Positions 27,438-36,942 of a DNA stretch of 45,793 nucleotides are shown here, piece by piece. Under the pieces are notes generated by a model. That model saw only the letters and a list, made by a program, of their open reading frames with translations. It searched no databases and was not told where the DNA came from. The stretch comes from a virus. Taxonomy: Duplodnaviria; Heunggongvirae; Uroviricota; Caudoviricetes. The stretch is from the IMG/VR virus record IMGVR_UViG_3300032287_000839, positions 1 to 45,793 of that record, one strand, 5' to 3'. The position numbers were made by a program, and so were the translations under genes. Within the stretch, counting starts at the first letter, position 1. Every line of letters begins with the position of its first letter.

Positions 27438-29298
27438 CACACAAACAGATTTAGGACTACAGGCATTAAGTTCTATCACAATTTTTAGCAAATACGCTAA
27501 ATATATCCCAGAACTTAAACGAAGAGAGACCTGGGATGAGATAGTAGATAGATATCAGGAGATGATGATTAAGAAGTATCCTAGTCTAGATGTAGCAATC
27601 GTAGAGAGTGCTAAGTTTATCAGAGAGAAAAAGGTGCTACCCTCAATGAGAGCCCTTCAGTTTGCAGGTGCTGCAATGGAAGTGAATAATGCAAGAGGTT
27701 ATAACTGTGCATACTTACCAGTAGATAGTTTATATAGTTTCAGTGAGACTATGTTCTTATTATTAGGTGGTAGTGGTGTAGGTTATTCTGTACAGAAGCA
27801 TCACGTAGAGCAATTACCAGCTATCAAGAAGCAAGAGAACTACAAACAACGCAACTATCTAATTGAAGATAGTATCATGGGATGGGCTGATGCTGTTAAA
27901 GTGTTAGTTAAGTTCTACTTTGAGGGTGGATATAAGCCTAAGTTTGACTTTAGAGCTATTCGCCACAAGGGAGCTAGACTAGTAACAGCTGGTGGTAAAG
28001 CACCTGGACCAGAACCATTAAAGATATGTTTAACACACATTGATGCTATCATGGAGCGTAAGAAAGATGGTGAACAACTATCTCCTTTAGAATGTCATGA
28101 TATCATGTGCCATATAGCTAACTCGGTTCTAGCAGGTGGTATCAGAAGAAGTGCTATGATTGCTTTATTCTCTCATGATGATGAGGAAATGATTACATGT
28201 AAGTATGGCAATTGGTGGGAATTGAATGAACAACGTGGTAGAGCTAATAACTCTGCTGTTCTAGAGAGAGGATCAGTAGGTGAAGAGGAATTCAATGATC
28301 TATGGAAGAGAATTGAAGCTTCTGGATCTGGTGAACCAGGTATCTACTGGACCAACAATAAAGATTGGGGAACTAATCCTTGTTGTGAGATAGGTTTAAG
28401 ACCATTCCAATTCTGTAACTTATGTGAGGTGAATGTATCTGATGTAGTTGATCAAGTGGACTTAAACAACCGTGTGGCTGTAGCATCATTCTTTGGTACA
28501 TTACAAGCAGGATTCACTGATTTCCACTACTTGCGTCCAATATGGCAGAAAACAACTGCTAAAGACGCTCTATTAGGAATTGGTATGACTGGTATAGGAT
28601 CAGGAGAAATCCTTAAATATAACCTAGAACTAGTGGCTAATACAGCTAAAACTGTAAATAGAGACATATCATCACTAATTGGTACCAACGAAGCAGCTCG
28701 TATTACATGTATTAAGCCTTCTGGTACAACTAGTTTGGTGTTAGGTACAGCAAGTGGTATTCATGCTTGGCATGCTCCATACTACCTTAGAACCATGAGA
28801 TTTAATAAGAATGAGGACATAGCTATGTACTTAGAGATTAACCATCCTGAATTATGTGAGGATGATGTTCTTCGTCCTAAGGATACACTATGTGTAAGAA
28901 TTCCTGTTAAAGCTCCTGAAGGATCTATTTTCCGTACAGAGTCTCCATTAGAAACATTAGAGCGTGTTAAGAAGTTCTCTCAAGAATGGATTAAGCCTGG
29001 TCACATTAATGGTGATAACACTCATAATGTAAGTGCTACTATATCTGTTACTGATGAATGGGAAGTTGTAGGACAATGGATGTGGGATAATAGAGAAGTA
29101 TATAACGGTCTATCTGTACTACCTTATTTTGGAGGAACATATAAACAAGCTCCATTTGAGGACATTACAGAAGAGGAATACAATAACCGCATAGCCCATT
29201 TAACATCTGTAGACTTAACCAAGGTGATAGAACAAGATGATTCTGTAGACTTTGGTCAAGTGGCAGCATGTGCAGGTGGTGCATGTGAAATTCAATAA
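27430..29298 (+). CDS. nrdJ: Class II (adenosylcobalamin-dependent) ribonucleotide reductase
   Basis: PSMR, YNCAY, TNPCCEI, FCNLCEV, TCIKPSGTTS, C-terminal CAGGAC; no small subunit nearby. Confidence 0.92.
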   Translation: MSNTQTDLGLQALSSITIFSKYAKYIPELKRRETWDEIVDRYQEMMIKKYPSLDVAIVESAKFIREKKVLPSMRALQFAGAAMEVNNARGYNCAYLPVDSLYSFSETMFLLLGGSGVGYSVQKHHVEQLPAIKKQENYKQRNYLIEDSIMGWADAVKVLVKFYFEGGYKPKFDFRAIRHKGARLVTAGGKAPGPEPLKICLTHIDAIMERKKDGEQLSPLECHDIMCHIANSVLAGGIRRSAMIALFSHDDEEMITCKYGNWWELNEQRGRANNSAVLERGSVGEEEFNDLWKRIEASGSGEPGIYWTNNKDWGTNPCCEIGLRPFQFCNLCEVNVSDVVDQVDLNNRVAVASFFGTLQAGFTDFHYLRPIWQKTTAKDALLGIGMTGIGSGEILKYNLELVANTAKTVNRDISSLIGTNEAARITCIKPSGTTSLVLGTASGIHAWHAPYYLRTMRFNKNEDIAMYLEINHPELCEDDVLRPKDTLCVRIPVKAPEGSIFRTESPLETLERVKKFSQEWIKPGHINGDNTHNVSATISVTDEWEVVGQWMWDNREVYNGLSVLPYFGGTYKQAPFEDITEEEYNNRIAHLTSVDLTKVIEQDDSVDFGQVAACAGGACEIQ

Positions 29299-29300
29299 TT

Positions 29301-29480
29301 ATGGAAAAAAAAGAATTCATAAAGGACGTTGATTACTATCTTGAAGAAGGATTTGTAATATTTACTCAGAAGTACCTAGAGGAAAAAGGAGAGTGCTGTG
29401 GTAATAACTGCAGACACTGTCCATACGATCCTCCAAGGGAAAAAGGTAACACAATAACAGTAAATGATAACAAAAGTTAA
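29301..29480 (+). CDS. 59 aa Cys-rich protein (DUF5522-like)
   Basis: Hand-translated; FT..YL..KGECCGNNCRHCPY. Confidence 0.7.
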   Translation: MEKKEFIKDVDYYLEEGFVIFTQKYLEEKGECCGNNCRHCPYDPPREKGNTITVNDNKS

Positions 29481-29557
29481 CAACGGAAAAAATAATTTGC
29501 ACTTATATGCATAAATATGCATAGATTTGCACTCTGTCTTAGTTCTTTAATTGTGTC

Positions 29558-29595
29558 AGCCCCTGGTATTTCTATACTGGGGGCTTTATTTTTTT
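29558..29595 (+). terminator. Rho-independent terminator
   Basis: AGCCCCTGGTA...TACTGGGGCT followed by TTATTTTTTT. Confidence 0.7.
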
Positions 29596-29657
29596 GTCAC
29601 AATTTCATGGAAATATGCAGAAAGTTTAGTAAATTTGTACGCACAAAACAATTAAAT

Positions 29658-30686
29658 ATGGCTAAAGCAGCAAAAGCTCAGGAGGGCTCTATCTCCAAAT
29701 TTCAAGATGCTCTTGATAAATTAAACAAGGCATATGGTGTAGGCACAGTACTTACACTTGATTCAAAAGACAATGGTGATTATGATGTTATTTCAACAGG
29801 TTCAATTGGATTTGACTATGTTACATTAGGTGTTGGTGGTTTTGTTAAAGGCAAAATGTACGAACTAATGGGCTGGGAAGGTACAGGTAAATCAACTATT
29901 TGTGGTCATGTTGTAGCTGAAGCTCAGAAGAAAGGTAACAAGGTTGTTTATATCGATGGCGAGCATGCTGTTGATAAAAACTATTTTGAAGCTATTGGTG
30001 TTAACACTAGTGAGTTATTAATTGCTCAGCCATCATGTGGTGAGGAAGGTTTTAACATTGCTATGGAAATGATTAACACTGGAGAAGTTGGTTTAATTAT
30101 CATTGACTCTGATAGCTCATTGATTCCTAAGAAGCAATTAGATGGTGAGGTGGGTGATAGCACTATTGGTTACAAATCTAGATTAAACAGTAATGCTTAT
30201 CCAAAACTTAAATCTGCTCTATCTGAACATAATGTATGTCTTATTGTCATTTCTCAGTATAGAGAGAAGATTGGTGTGATGTTTGGTAATCCAACAACTA
30301 CACAAGGTGGTCATGCATTGAAGTTCTACAGTGATTGTAGAATTGAGGTGAGCAAAAGCTTAGCAAAAGATGGTGATGTAAACTATGGTAATATTACCAA
30401 GGTGAAAGCTATCAAGAATAAGATGTGTCCTCCATATCAACTATCTCAGTTTGAGATTGTGTATGGTGTGGGTATTGACAAGCTTGATGAGATTATGACT
30501 CTTATCAATGATCACAATCTTGGTAGAAAGTATGGTAAAACTATGACAATTGGTGAAACTAAGTATGACCTTGATGAATTCAAGAAGATGTTAACTGATA
30601 ACCAGGAGTTTTATGATGATATCAAATCTCAAATTATTAACAAAATCAAAGAAACTAAAATCGAAGAAGATGATAGTGAAATTTAA
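29658..30686 (+). CDS. recA: RecA/UvsX recombinase
   Basis: ISTGSIGFD...LGVGG; GWEGTGKST; YIDGEHA; IIIDS; SQYREKIGVMFGNPTTTQGGHALKFYS; start MAKAAK, preceded by TAAATTTG at 29630. Confidence 0.95.
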   Translation: MAKAAKAQEGSISKFQDALDKLNKAYGVGTVLTLDSKDNGDYDVISTGSIGFDYVTLGVGGFVKGKMYELMGWEGTGKSTICGHVVAEAQKKGNKVVYIDGEHAVDKNYFEAIGVNTSELLIAQPSCGEEGFNIAMEMINTGEVGLIIIDSDSSLIPKKQLDGEVGDSTIGYKSRLNSNAYPKLKSALSEHNVCLIVISQYREKIGVMFGNPTTTQGGHALKFYSDCRIEVSKSLAKDGDVNYGNITKVKAIKNKMCPPYQLSQFEIVYGVGIDKLDEIMTLINDHNLGRKYGKTMTIGETKYDLDEFKKMLTDNQEFYDDIKSQIINKIKETKIEEDDSEI

Positions 30687-31119
30687 AAAGCTTACAGATG
30701 ATGTGAGGATGCCCATTAAGGGCTCTTCACACGCTGCATGTTATGATGTACATGCACACTCTATAGTACACAAAGAAGATGGTAAAGTTGTAGTAGGACT
30801 AGGGTTCAAAACAGAAATACCTAAAGGGTATAGAGGTGTTATCGTTCCTAGGAGTAACTTAACTAAATTCCATTGGGTATTGAACAATTCATTTGGTGTA
30901 ATTGATTCTGATTACCGTGGTGAATGGATGGCCATCTTTACACAAATACCTATATTATTTGGAGACACTTTAGGAACTACAGCATTTCCTTATAATGTAG
31001 GAGATAGAGTGGCTCAAATCTATTTTGAACCTGTACATGAAGTTATACTAGGTATAGTTGAAGAACTAGAGGATTCTGATAGAGGTGAAGGAGGTTTTGG
31101 TTCAACTGGTGTTAAATGA
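30670..31119 (+). CDS. dut: Trimeric dUTPase
   Basis: AACYDV, PRSNL, GVIDSDYRGE, RVAQI, RGEGGFGSTG. Confidence 0.95.
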   Translation: MIVKFKKLTDDVRMPIKGSSHAACYDVHAHSIVHKEDGKVVVGLGFKTEIPKGYRGVIVPRSNLTKFHWVLNNSFGVIDSDYRGEWMAIFTQIPILFGDTLGTTAFPYNVGDRVAQIYFEPVHEVILGIVEELEDSDRGEGGFGSTGVK

Positions 31120-31514
31120 TGACCTGCAAAACCTGTGGTAAAAAGTGTGATGGAGAATATTGTTTTCAACATAAGCCTAGAAAGCCTTTAGCCCCCACTA
31201 AAGGTTTTAAGGTGAAGGTTCCTGAGAAACATCCTATTACTGAGGTGAACCCTATGAAGGATATGTTCTTAAGTATATGGAAGAAAAGACCACATAAATC
31301 AGAAGTTAGTGGAGATTCTCTAGGATCTGAACCCCTATCAACATTCTTTCATCATATTTTACCAAAAAATAAATACTTAAAAGCTGCTTTAGATGAAGAA
31401 AATATCATACTTTTGACATGGGAAGAACATGACCAAGTTGAGAGTGATATTTACAGATTCGAAGAAATTAACAAAAGACGTGAACAATTAAAGAAGAAGT
31501 ATGAAATACATTAA
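31116..31514 (+). CDS. HNH-like nuclease-fold protein
   Basis: CKTC...YCFQH; FHHILPK...ENIILLTWEEH. Confidence 0.6.
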   Translation: MMTCKTCGKKCDGEYCFQHKPRKPLAPTKGFKVKVPEKHPITEVNPMKDMFLSIWKKRPHKSEVSGDSLGSEPLSTFFHHILPKNKYLKAALDEENIILLTWEEHDQVESDIYRFEEINKRREQLKKKYEIH

Positions 31515-31956
31515 ATATATTGTGTTCATAATAGTGCTGGTAGGATCAGCAATAGGTATAAGAATGTTGATACCTGATGCAGCAAAATATCTTACTACTA
31601 AATACCAGTTAGTTACACTTCCTCCAAGCACGTTTGATATAGAGGTGAAAGTGTTAATTACAGATGATACAGCATTTGCTAGAAGTTATGTAATGGAAAA
31701 CCTAGATAGTTCAGTTAGAACTGAAGACTTTGATACAAGAGGTACCACATTTAGTATAGTTGATGGTAAACCTCCTATTATATGGTTTCCATACGAAACT
31801 CCTATAGCAATCATTAATCACGAATTGTTTCATGCCACAGTAAATATAATGAACTGGGCTGGTGTACCTTTAACTGACAGTACAGAAGAAGTGTATGCCT
31901 ATGAACTACAATATCTTACACAGCAATTAGATAACCAAATAAATACAAAAAAATGA
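31501..31956 (+). CDS. Membrane-anchored HExxH (zincin-like) protein
   Basis: N-terminal TM; IINHELFHA...EEVYAY. Confidence 0.6.
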   Translation: MKYIKYIVFIIVLVGSAIGIRMLIPDAAKYLTTKYQLVTLPPSTFDIEVKVLITDDTAFARSYVMENLDSSVRTEDFDTRGTTFSIVDGKPPIIWFPYETPIAIINHELFHATVNIMNWAGVPLTDSTEEVYAYELQYLTQQLDNQINTKK

Positions 31957-32231
31957 GTTTATTCTTTTACACAAGAGAAGTGTTCACATCAGAAGGTGCT
32001 GAACCAAAAATTTACACAGACAGTTTCAACTTAAACAAAGTGATTAGATCTGTACAAATGGAAGACAATAAAGTGTTAGTCTTATTAGATGACTTACACG
32101 AGCGTGCTGAACAAGTACCAGAAGTTAAAAATGGTAAAGTGGTTGGTTCCAAAAGAGAACGTAACACATTCCAAACAGAAATCAACTTACTTAATGAAGA
32201 TGCTATTAGATTTAACAATTTAAATAAATAA
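31953..32231 (+). CDS. Hypothetical protein
   Basis: 92 aa; FNLNKVIRSV. Confidence 0.75.
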   Translation: MSLFFYTREVFTSEGAEPKIYTDSFNLNKVIRSVQMEDNKVLVLLDDLHERAEQVPEVKNGKVVGSKRERNTFQTEINLLNEDAIRFNNLNK

Positions 32232-32234
32232 TTT

Positions 32235-32525
32235 ATGCCTACATTATTAGGAAACAGAATCTACTTAGAATTACCTATGCAAGAGGACGAAAGTAAGTTA
32301 ATTGTAGATGAGAATACAAAAGAAGCATTACAAAGAGAATTGCTTAATAAGATGTCCAAGTTAAAAGTGGTACAAGTTGGTACCATTGTTACAGAAATCA
32401 AGGTGGGGGACTATGTATTAGTAGATCCTGCAGCTATAAACAAAGCTATACTAGTCCCAATCTCTGATGATGGTGAAGAACGTGTAATATTAGTATCTCC
32501 ATTTGATGTAATTCAAATCTGGTAA
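32235..32525 (+). CDS. groES: GroES-like co-chaperonin
   Basis: LLGNRIYLE...KVVQVG...IKVGDYVL. Confidence 0.65.
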   Translation: MPTLLGNRIYLELPMQEDESKLIVDENTKEALQRELLNKMSKLKVVQVGTIVTEIKVGDYVLVDPAAINKAILVPISDDGEERVILVSPFDVIQIW

Positions 32526-32526
32526 T

Positions 32527-33279
32527 ATGAATTATCCATTTATATCATGTAAATGTATAACTTACGGTAGAGTGTCCACGCTTGAGGAGAGTGTTGAATC
32601 TTTCCTCAAGCAGGATTACCCTGCAGATAAGTGTGAGCTCATAATAGTCAATGATTACCCATTACAGACTCTTATGTTCGATCATCCCCAAGTTAAGATA
32701 GTTAACCTATCCGAGACATTTAAAACTATAGGAGAGAAAGAAAACTATGCTACAGAATTATGTCAAGGAGATATAATATGTCAGTGGGATGATGATGATG
32801 TAGCCTTACCAAATCATTTGCAGAATGTAGTTAAATACATGACTGATAAAGTAAACATCATTCACTGGGAAGTAGGAGTGTTATGTCACATTACAGGAAT
32901 TGAACAAGTTGGTTGGATAGGTAACTCTGGTATTGTATTTAGAAAGTCAGCTTGGAAAGCTATAGGAGGACATCCTCTTGAAAATGCTGGATATGATATG
33001 ACATTCATTGAACGTATCAATGCACATGGAGGTAGACTATTTGCTAAACCTCCTAAAGAAGAAGCAAGCTGGTTCTATATGTGGGGCGGTAGAGGTTATC
33101 ACATGAGTGGTGAGGGTACTGACCATCCTGGAAAACTCAACGCTATACAAAGACACAGTGCTCATATTGAAAGAGAAAGAGCCATAGGAAATATACCTAC
33201 AGGAGATGTACATTTAGTACCCAACTGGAAAAATGATTATTCCGAAATGTTAAAAAATTTCATCAATAAAAATAAATAA
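32527..33279 (+). CDS. Glycosyltransferase family 2
   Basis: CITYGR...LEESVESFLKQDYP...ELIIVND; IGEKEN; WDDDD. Confidence 0.88.
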   Translation: MNYPFISCKCITYGRVSTLEESVESFLKQDYPADKCELIIVNDYPLQTLMFDHPQVKIVNLSETFKTIGEKENYATELCQGDIICQWDDDDVALPNHLQNVVKYMTDKVNIIHWEVGVLCHITGIEQVGWIGNSGIVFRKSAWKAIGGHPLENAGYDMTFIERINAHGGRLFAKPPKEEASWFYMWGGRGYHMSGEGTDHPGKLNAIQRHSAHIERERAIGNIPTGDVHLVPNWKNDYSEMLKNFINKNK

Positions 33280-33280
33280 T

Positions 33281-33838
33281 ATGTCTATTAAAGATACACT
33301 ATATGCCATGAGAAGTGGGCATTACAAAAACGGATTAGAAGATTTAATCAACTATGTGAATACGTTCTCTAATACTAAAGAGATGACAATCCTTGAGATT
33401 GGGTCTTATGCTGGAGAATCAACAGAAATGTTTGCTCAAAACTTTAAAAGTGTCATAGCAATTGATCCTTTTATGAATGATTATGATCCAAATGATCCTG
33501 CTTGTAGCTACATGGACTTAACAAATGTCTACAAAACTTTCAGTTCAGTGATATCTAAATACGATAACATAACTCATATTAGAAAAACATCTGATGATGC
33601 TATCAATGAACTTAAAGACACTAAGGTGGACTTAATTTACATTGATGGTTTACATACATACGACCAGGTTAAGAAAGACATTGATAACTATATAGGTTTA
33701 ATCAATGAGTCTGGATTCATTAGTGGTCATGATTATCATTCAGTTTGGCAAGGAGTTGTAGATGCTATACATGAGAAAATAGGTAAGCCTGATACAATAT
33801 TTCAAGACACTAGTTGGATTAAAAAATTAAACAGGTAG
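33281..33838 (+). CDS. Class I SAM-dependent methyltransferase (Methyltransf_24-like)
   Basis: LEIGSYAGES; AIDPF; DLIYIDGLHTY; GHDY. Confidence 0.9.
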   Translation: MSIKDTLYAMRSGHYKNGLEDLINYVNTFSNTKEMTILEIGSYAGESTEMFAQNFKSVIAIDPFMNDYDPNDPACSYMDLTNVYKTFSSVISKYDNITHIRKTSDDAINELKDTKVDLIYIDGLHTYDQVKKDIDNYIGLINESGFISGHDYHSVWQGVVDAIHEKIGKPDTIFQDTSWIKKLNR

Positions 33839-33840
33839 TT

Positions 33841-34383
33841 ATGTTCTTAAATATAATAACAGCTTGCAGTCGTCCTGAGAACTTATTAACTATTTCAAAT
33901 AGTATAAATATACCTAAGGAAAACTATCGTTGGATAGTTGTATTTGATAGTGTTACATTACCTGATAGTAAACTAATACCTGATAACTGTGAGGTTCATA
34001 TGCATACAGACAAAAAAAGTATTGTTGGTAGTTCGCAAAGAAACTTTGCATTAGAACTAATCAGTGATGGGTATGTCTATTCTAATGATGATGACACTAT
34101 AATACATCCAGAGTTGTGGGAAAACATCAAAGATTTAGACAATGATTTCATATCATTCGATCAAGTGTGGACTAGTGGTACACATAGACTATACGGAAAC
34201 ACAATTAAATTAAGTTATGTAGATAATCATAATTTTATTGTACATAGATCATTAGTAGGTGATGAGCGATTTGTTGTAGATAGATATGATTCAGATGGTG
34301 TACTTGCTGAAAACTGTTACAACAGATGTAAAAATCCAAAATATATTCCTAAAGTGCTAAGCACTTACAACGCACTCAGATAA
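33841..34383 (+). CDS. GT-A fold glycosyltransferase (GT2-like)
   Basis: IITACSRPENL; RNFALE; YSNDDDTIIHP. Confidence 0.75.
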   Translation: MFLNIITACSRPENLLTISNSINIPKENYRWIVVFDSVTLPDSKLIPDNCEVHMHTDKKSIVGSSQRNFALELISDGYVYSNDDDTIIHPELWENIKDLDNDFISFDQVWTSGTHRLYGNTIKLSYVDNHNFIVHRSLVGDERFVVDRYDSDGVLAENCYNRCKNPKYIPKVLSTYNALR

Positions 34384-34389
34384 TAATAA

Positions 34390-34415
34390 AAAAGCCCCAT
34401 TAATTTGGGGCTTTT
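34390..34415. terminator. Bidirectional terminator where the two blocks converge
   Basis: AAAAGCCCCA-TTAATT-TGGGGCTTTT. Confidence 0.8.
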
Positions 34416-34416
34416 A

Positions 34417-34575
34417 TTATTTTGATAGTCTCTTTTGTTTAAGAGGCCACATTTTACTTTTCAACCTAAGTTTTGTATCAGCTTCCTTCATATAATTAGG
34501 ATTAGCTTTGCTAGGGGGAGCAACTTTAGGAGCCTTTTTAGGTGTTCCTGATTTCTTTGCTTTACCAGCAGTCAT
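34417..34575 (-). CDS. 52 aa basic protein (MTAGKAKKSGTPKKAP...)
   Basis: Hand-translated; last gene of the basic cluster. Confidence 0.65.
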   Translation of the reverse strand: MTAGKAKKSGTPKKAPKVAPPSKANPNYMKEADTKLRLKSKMWPLKQKRLSK

Positions 34576-34576
34576 G

Positions 34577-35077
34577 TTATTTGCAGCCATACTTACATTT
34601 TTTTACAGTTCCACCTTTTTTCATAGTAGGTTCCATAGAAGCAGCTAAACCACCATATTGCATTTTCTTCTTAGGGGTAACACCTGCTTTCTTCATTGAA
34701 ATTGCTATAGCAGCTTGTTTAGCAGCTTTACCACCCATCTTCATTTTGTGCACACCAGCACCATGTTTAGCAATTACACCACGACCTTTTAATATATCAG
34801 CCTTAGTGATTTTACCATCTTTGTTTAAGTCTGGAAAACTTTTAGCTTTTTTACCACCATTTTGCATTTTGGTTTTAGCAACTTTCTTAGGAGCATAATA
34901 TTTACCTGTACCAGCTGCTTTATCTAATGATTCGTTCACACCTTTTTCCCACTTGTCCATAACTTCTTTCTTATAAAGTTTATTAGTCATTTCACCACGG
35001 ACATATCCTTTAGGTGTAGCTTTAGATTTTTCAACACCACTTTGAGCTTTTTTTACCATTTTTTTAACAGTTGCCAT
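34577..35077 (-). CDS. Lys-rich protein with repeated KxxGG motifs
   Basis: MATVKK; KAQSG, KMQNGG, KMKMGG, KMQYGG, MKKGG; also DLNKDGKITKAD. Confidence 0.85.
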   Translation of the reverse strand: MATVKKMVKKAQSGVEKSKATPKGYVRGEMTNKLYKKEVMDKWEKGVNESLDKAAGTGKYYAPKKVAKTKMQNGGKKAKSFPDLNKDGKITKADILKGRGVIAKHGAGVHKMKMGGKAAKQAAIAISMKKAGVTPKKKMQYGGLAASMEPTMKKGGTVKKCKYGCK

Positions 35078-35078
35078 T

Positions 35079-35882
35079 TTATTTCTTTTTAGAGGTTAAT
35101 TTAATTTTCTTTTCTTGCTTAAGCATAGCAGCTGTAGGTTTCTTTCCAGATCCTTTAGCAGCTCTAATGTTGTCCCATAAACCACGTTGGGAATAAGAAC
35201 CATCAGCACGTTTGATCATTTGCTTACCAGACTTTGCCTTAGCCACTTTACCACCTTTCTTAAGTTGTTTATCTGCTTTTGTTAACATATAACTTCTTTG
35301 TGTATTAAAATGTTTTTTCTCTCTGTCAGTTAGATCTTTTGATTTAACAGAATCAGCAGAACGTGTATTTGCTAAACTATCATTTATTTTCTTTGTTGCT
35401 TTTTCATCTTGATTAGTAGATTTATAAAATCTTAATCCATCATCAGTTTTAAATCTAGAAACTCTAGTCCAATCACCAGTTTGTCTATTTTTAGTAAGAT
35501 GCTCATCTCCTGTAAGAACAGCTCCTTTTCTTTCTTTTTCTGTTCTAACTACACGAAGTCCTGGTCTAGAATCTTTTGTTACTTCCTTACCACTTTGGGC
35601 TTTCTTAACAGCTTTTTTAACTGTCTTACCACCATTTCTTTGTTCTTCCATAACTTTCTTTTCTCTTGGAGTAAGTGTAGAATATCTAACAGAATCTGCA
35701 GAGTTTCTAGATGATAACATATCATTCATATCTCCAGTCATTTGCATATCCTTACTGGTTGATCTGTAATATCTATCTCCAGCGTCTGTTTTGTATTTAT
35801 TTAAACGACTATAGTTACCTTTACTATCTTTAGTAACATAACCACTCTGAGCTTTTTTTGTTGTTTTCTTTACGGTTGCCAT
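35079..35882 (-). CDS. Lys-rich protein with an internal duplication
   Basis: MATVKK; KKAQSG twice; duplicated KTD.G.R.Y.ST...SADSV...LT.REKK unit. Confidence 0.85.
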   Translation of the reverse strand: MATVKKTTKKAQSGYVTKDSKGNYSRLNKYKTDAGDRYYRSTSKDMQMTGDMNDMLSSRNSADSVRYSTLTPREKKVMEEQRNGGKTVKKAVKKAQSGKEVTKDSRPGLRVVRTEKERKGAVLTGDEHLTKNRQTGDWTRVSRFKTDDGLRFYKSTNQDEKATKKINDSLANTRSADSVKSKDLTDREKKHFNTQRSYMLTKADKQLKKGGKVAKAKSGKQMIKRADGSYSQRGLWDNIRAAKGSGKKPTAAMLKQEKKIKLTSKKK

Positions 35883-35883
35883 A

Positions 35884-36195
35884 TTAACAATTCCATTTAC
35901 GAAGTGATTTATTAATTCTGCTATTAGGATCGTTAGCCGTTTTAGCAGATGTGAGTTTTTTCTTCATGCCTGACATTCTAGAACAGAAAGACTTACGTCT
36001 ACCTGCTGCTTTAGAACCAGCTTTAAGTTTGGAAGGTTTAGTAGTAACAGCAGTCTTCAGTTTAGAACCTGGGTTAGCTTTTCTATAAGAAGCTACACCT
36101 TTAGCATTTAAACCTCCCTCTGGATTTTTACCTTCTTTGCGAGTCCAAGCAGGTGTACTACCTCCAGACTTCATAACCTTTTTAACTGTTGCCAT
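35884..36195 (-). CDS. Basic phage protein (DUF6321-like)
   Basis: RRKSFCSRMSG...DPNSRINKSLRKWNC. Confidence 0.8.
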   Translation of the reverse strand: MATVKKVMKSGGSTPAWTRKEGKNPEGGLNAKGVASYRKANPGSKLKTAVTTKPSKLKAGSKAAGRRKSFCSRMSGMKKKLTSAKTANDPNSRINKSLRKWNC

Positions 36196-36587
36196 TATTT
36201 CTTCTTTTTATTGTAATTAGGATTTTCTCTATGCCATTTTCTAACAGAAGCAACACCTTGTTTAACAGTTTTGGCTTTAGATTTCTTAGTGAGGTTAATC
36301 TTGTCCCACTTACCAGCAGGTATTCCTGCAGTGTGATCAACAACCACATCTCCTTTTTTATTCTTAAATACCTTGTGAGTTTGACCACCCACCTTAACAA
36401 CAGTACCACCACTCTTTAATGTACTTCCTGCATATGGACCTTTCTTTTTAATTAATGGACCATTAGGTACAGGAGTGATAGCTCCTTTAATAGGAGAAAG
36501 CGTATCCCCATTTTTAAGTACACGCTTACCTACATAAGCTTCTGCTTTCTGTGGATTATAAACTTTTGTTTTAGGTATTCTTGCCAT
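36195..36587 (-). CDS. Lys-rich protein
   Basis: 130 aa; LKSGG; TAATG coupling. Confidence 0.8.
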   Translation of the reverse strand: MARIPKTKVYNPQKAEAYVGKRVLKNGDTLSPIKGAITPVPNGPLIKKKGPYAGSTLKSGGTVVKVGGQTHKVFKNKKGDVVVDHTAGIPAGKWDKINLTKKSKAKTVKQGVASVRKWHRENPNYNKKKK

Positions 36588-36588
36588 G

Positions 36589-36939
36589 TTATTTACCTTT
36601 TCTAGCTCTGCCCATTGCCTTAAATGTCTTAGCTAACGCTTTTCTCTTAGGAGTGCATGTAGCTTTAGTCATTGGTGTACAATAGCCTTTATGAGCTGGA
36701 TTAACAGCTTTCTGAATCCAATTTTTATCTTTAGCAGTCTTACCACCACTCTTTTGTTTAGGAGTAGATTTACTTGCTTTGATGCTATCTTTTATCTTTT
36801 GTTCTTTAGCCAAGTGCTCTTTAGCAATTTTTGCTGAGTCTTTGCTGAAGTTTTTAAAAGCTGCTCTAATATCAGCCTTGGTAGCACTGTCTGCTTTTAT
36901 ACCTGATTGAGCTTTCTTAACCTTTTTTATAGTTGCCAT
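36589..36939 (-). CDS. Lys-rich protein
   Basis: MATIKK, KAQSG, KQKSGG, NWIQKAV. Confidence 0.8.
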   Translation of the reverse strand: MATIKKVKKAQSGIKADSATKADIRAAFKNFSKDSAKIAKEHLAKEQKIKDSIKASKSTPKQKSGGKTAKDKNWIQKAVNPAHKGYCTPMTKATCTPKRKALAKTFKAMGRARKGK

Positions 36940-36942
36940 GTC

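Noticed and set aside
7879-29298. Stop-codon reassignment (TAG/TGA), known in some crAss-like phages
   Set aside because: Long genes (PolB, rIIA, nrdJ) are intact in the standard code, and TAG and TGA end genes at sensible coupled positions.
29517-29657. N-terminal extension of RecA in the ORF track
   Set aside because: It spans a terminator hairpin and a TAAATTTG element; the ATG at 29658 has the typical leader.
49-36419. Numerous short opposite-strand or nested ORFs in the track (e.g. 49..252, 1597..1935, 8765..9088, 16177..16596, 34542..34898, 38456..38764)
   Set aside because: They overlap well-supported genes, lack motifs and break the operon polarity.
35079-36939. Several D-S-(A/V/I/L) triplets matching the Bacteroidetes O-glycosylation sequon in basic proteins
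   Set aside because: That system acts on exported proteins; these have no signal peptides and the 3-residue motif is common by chance.
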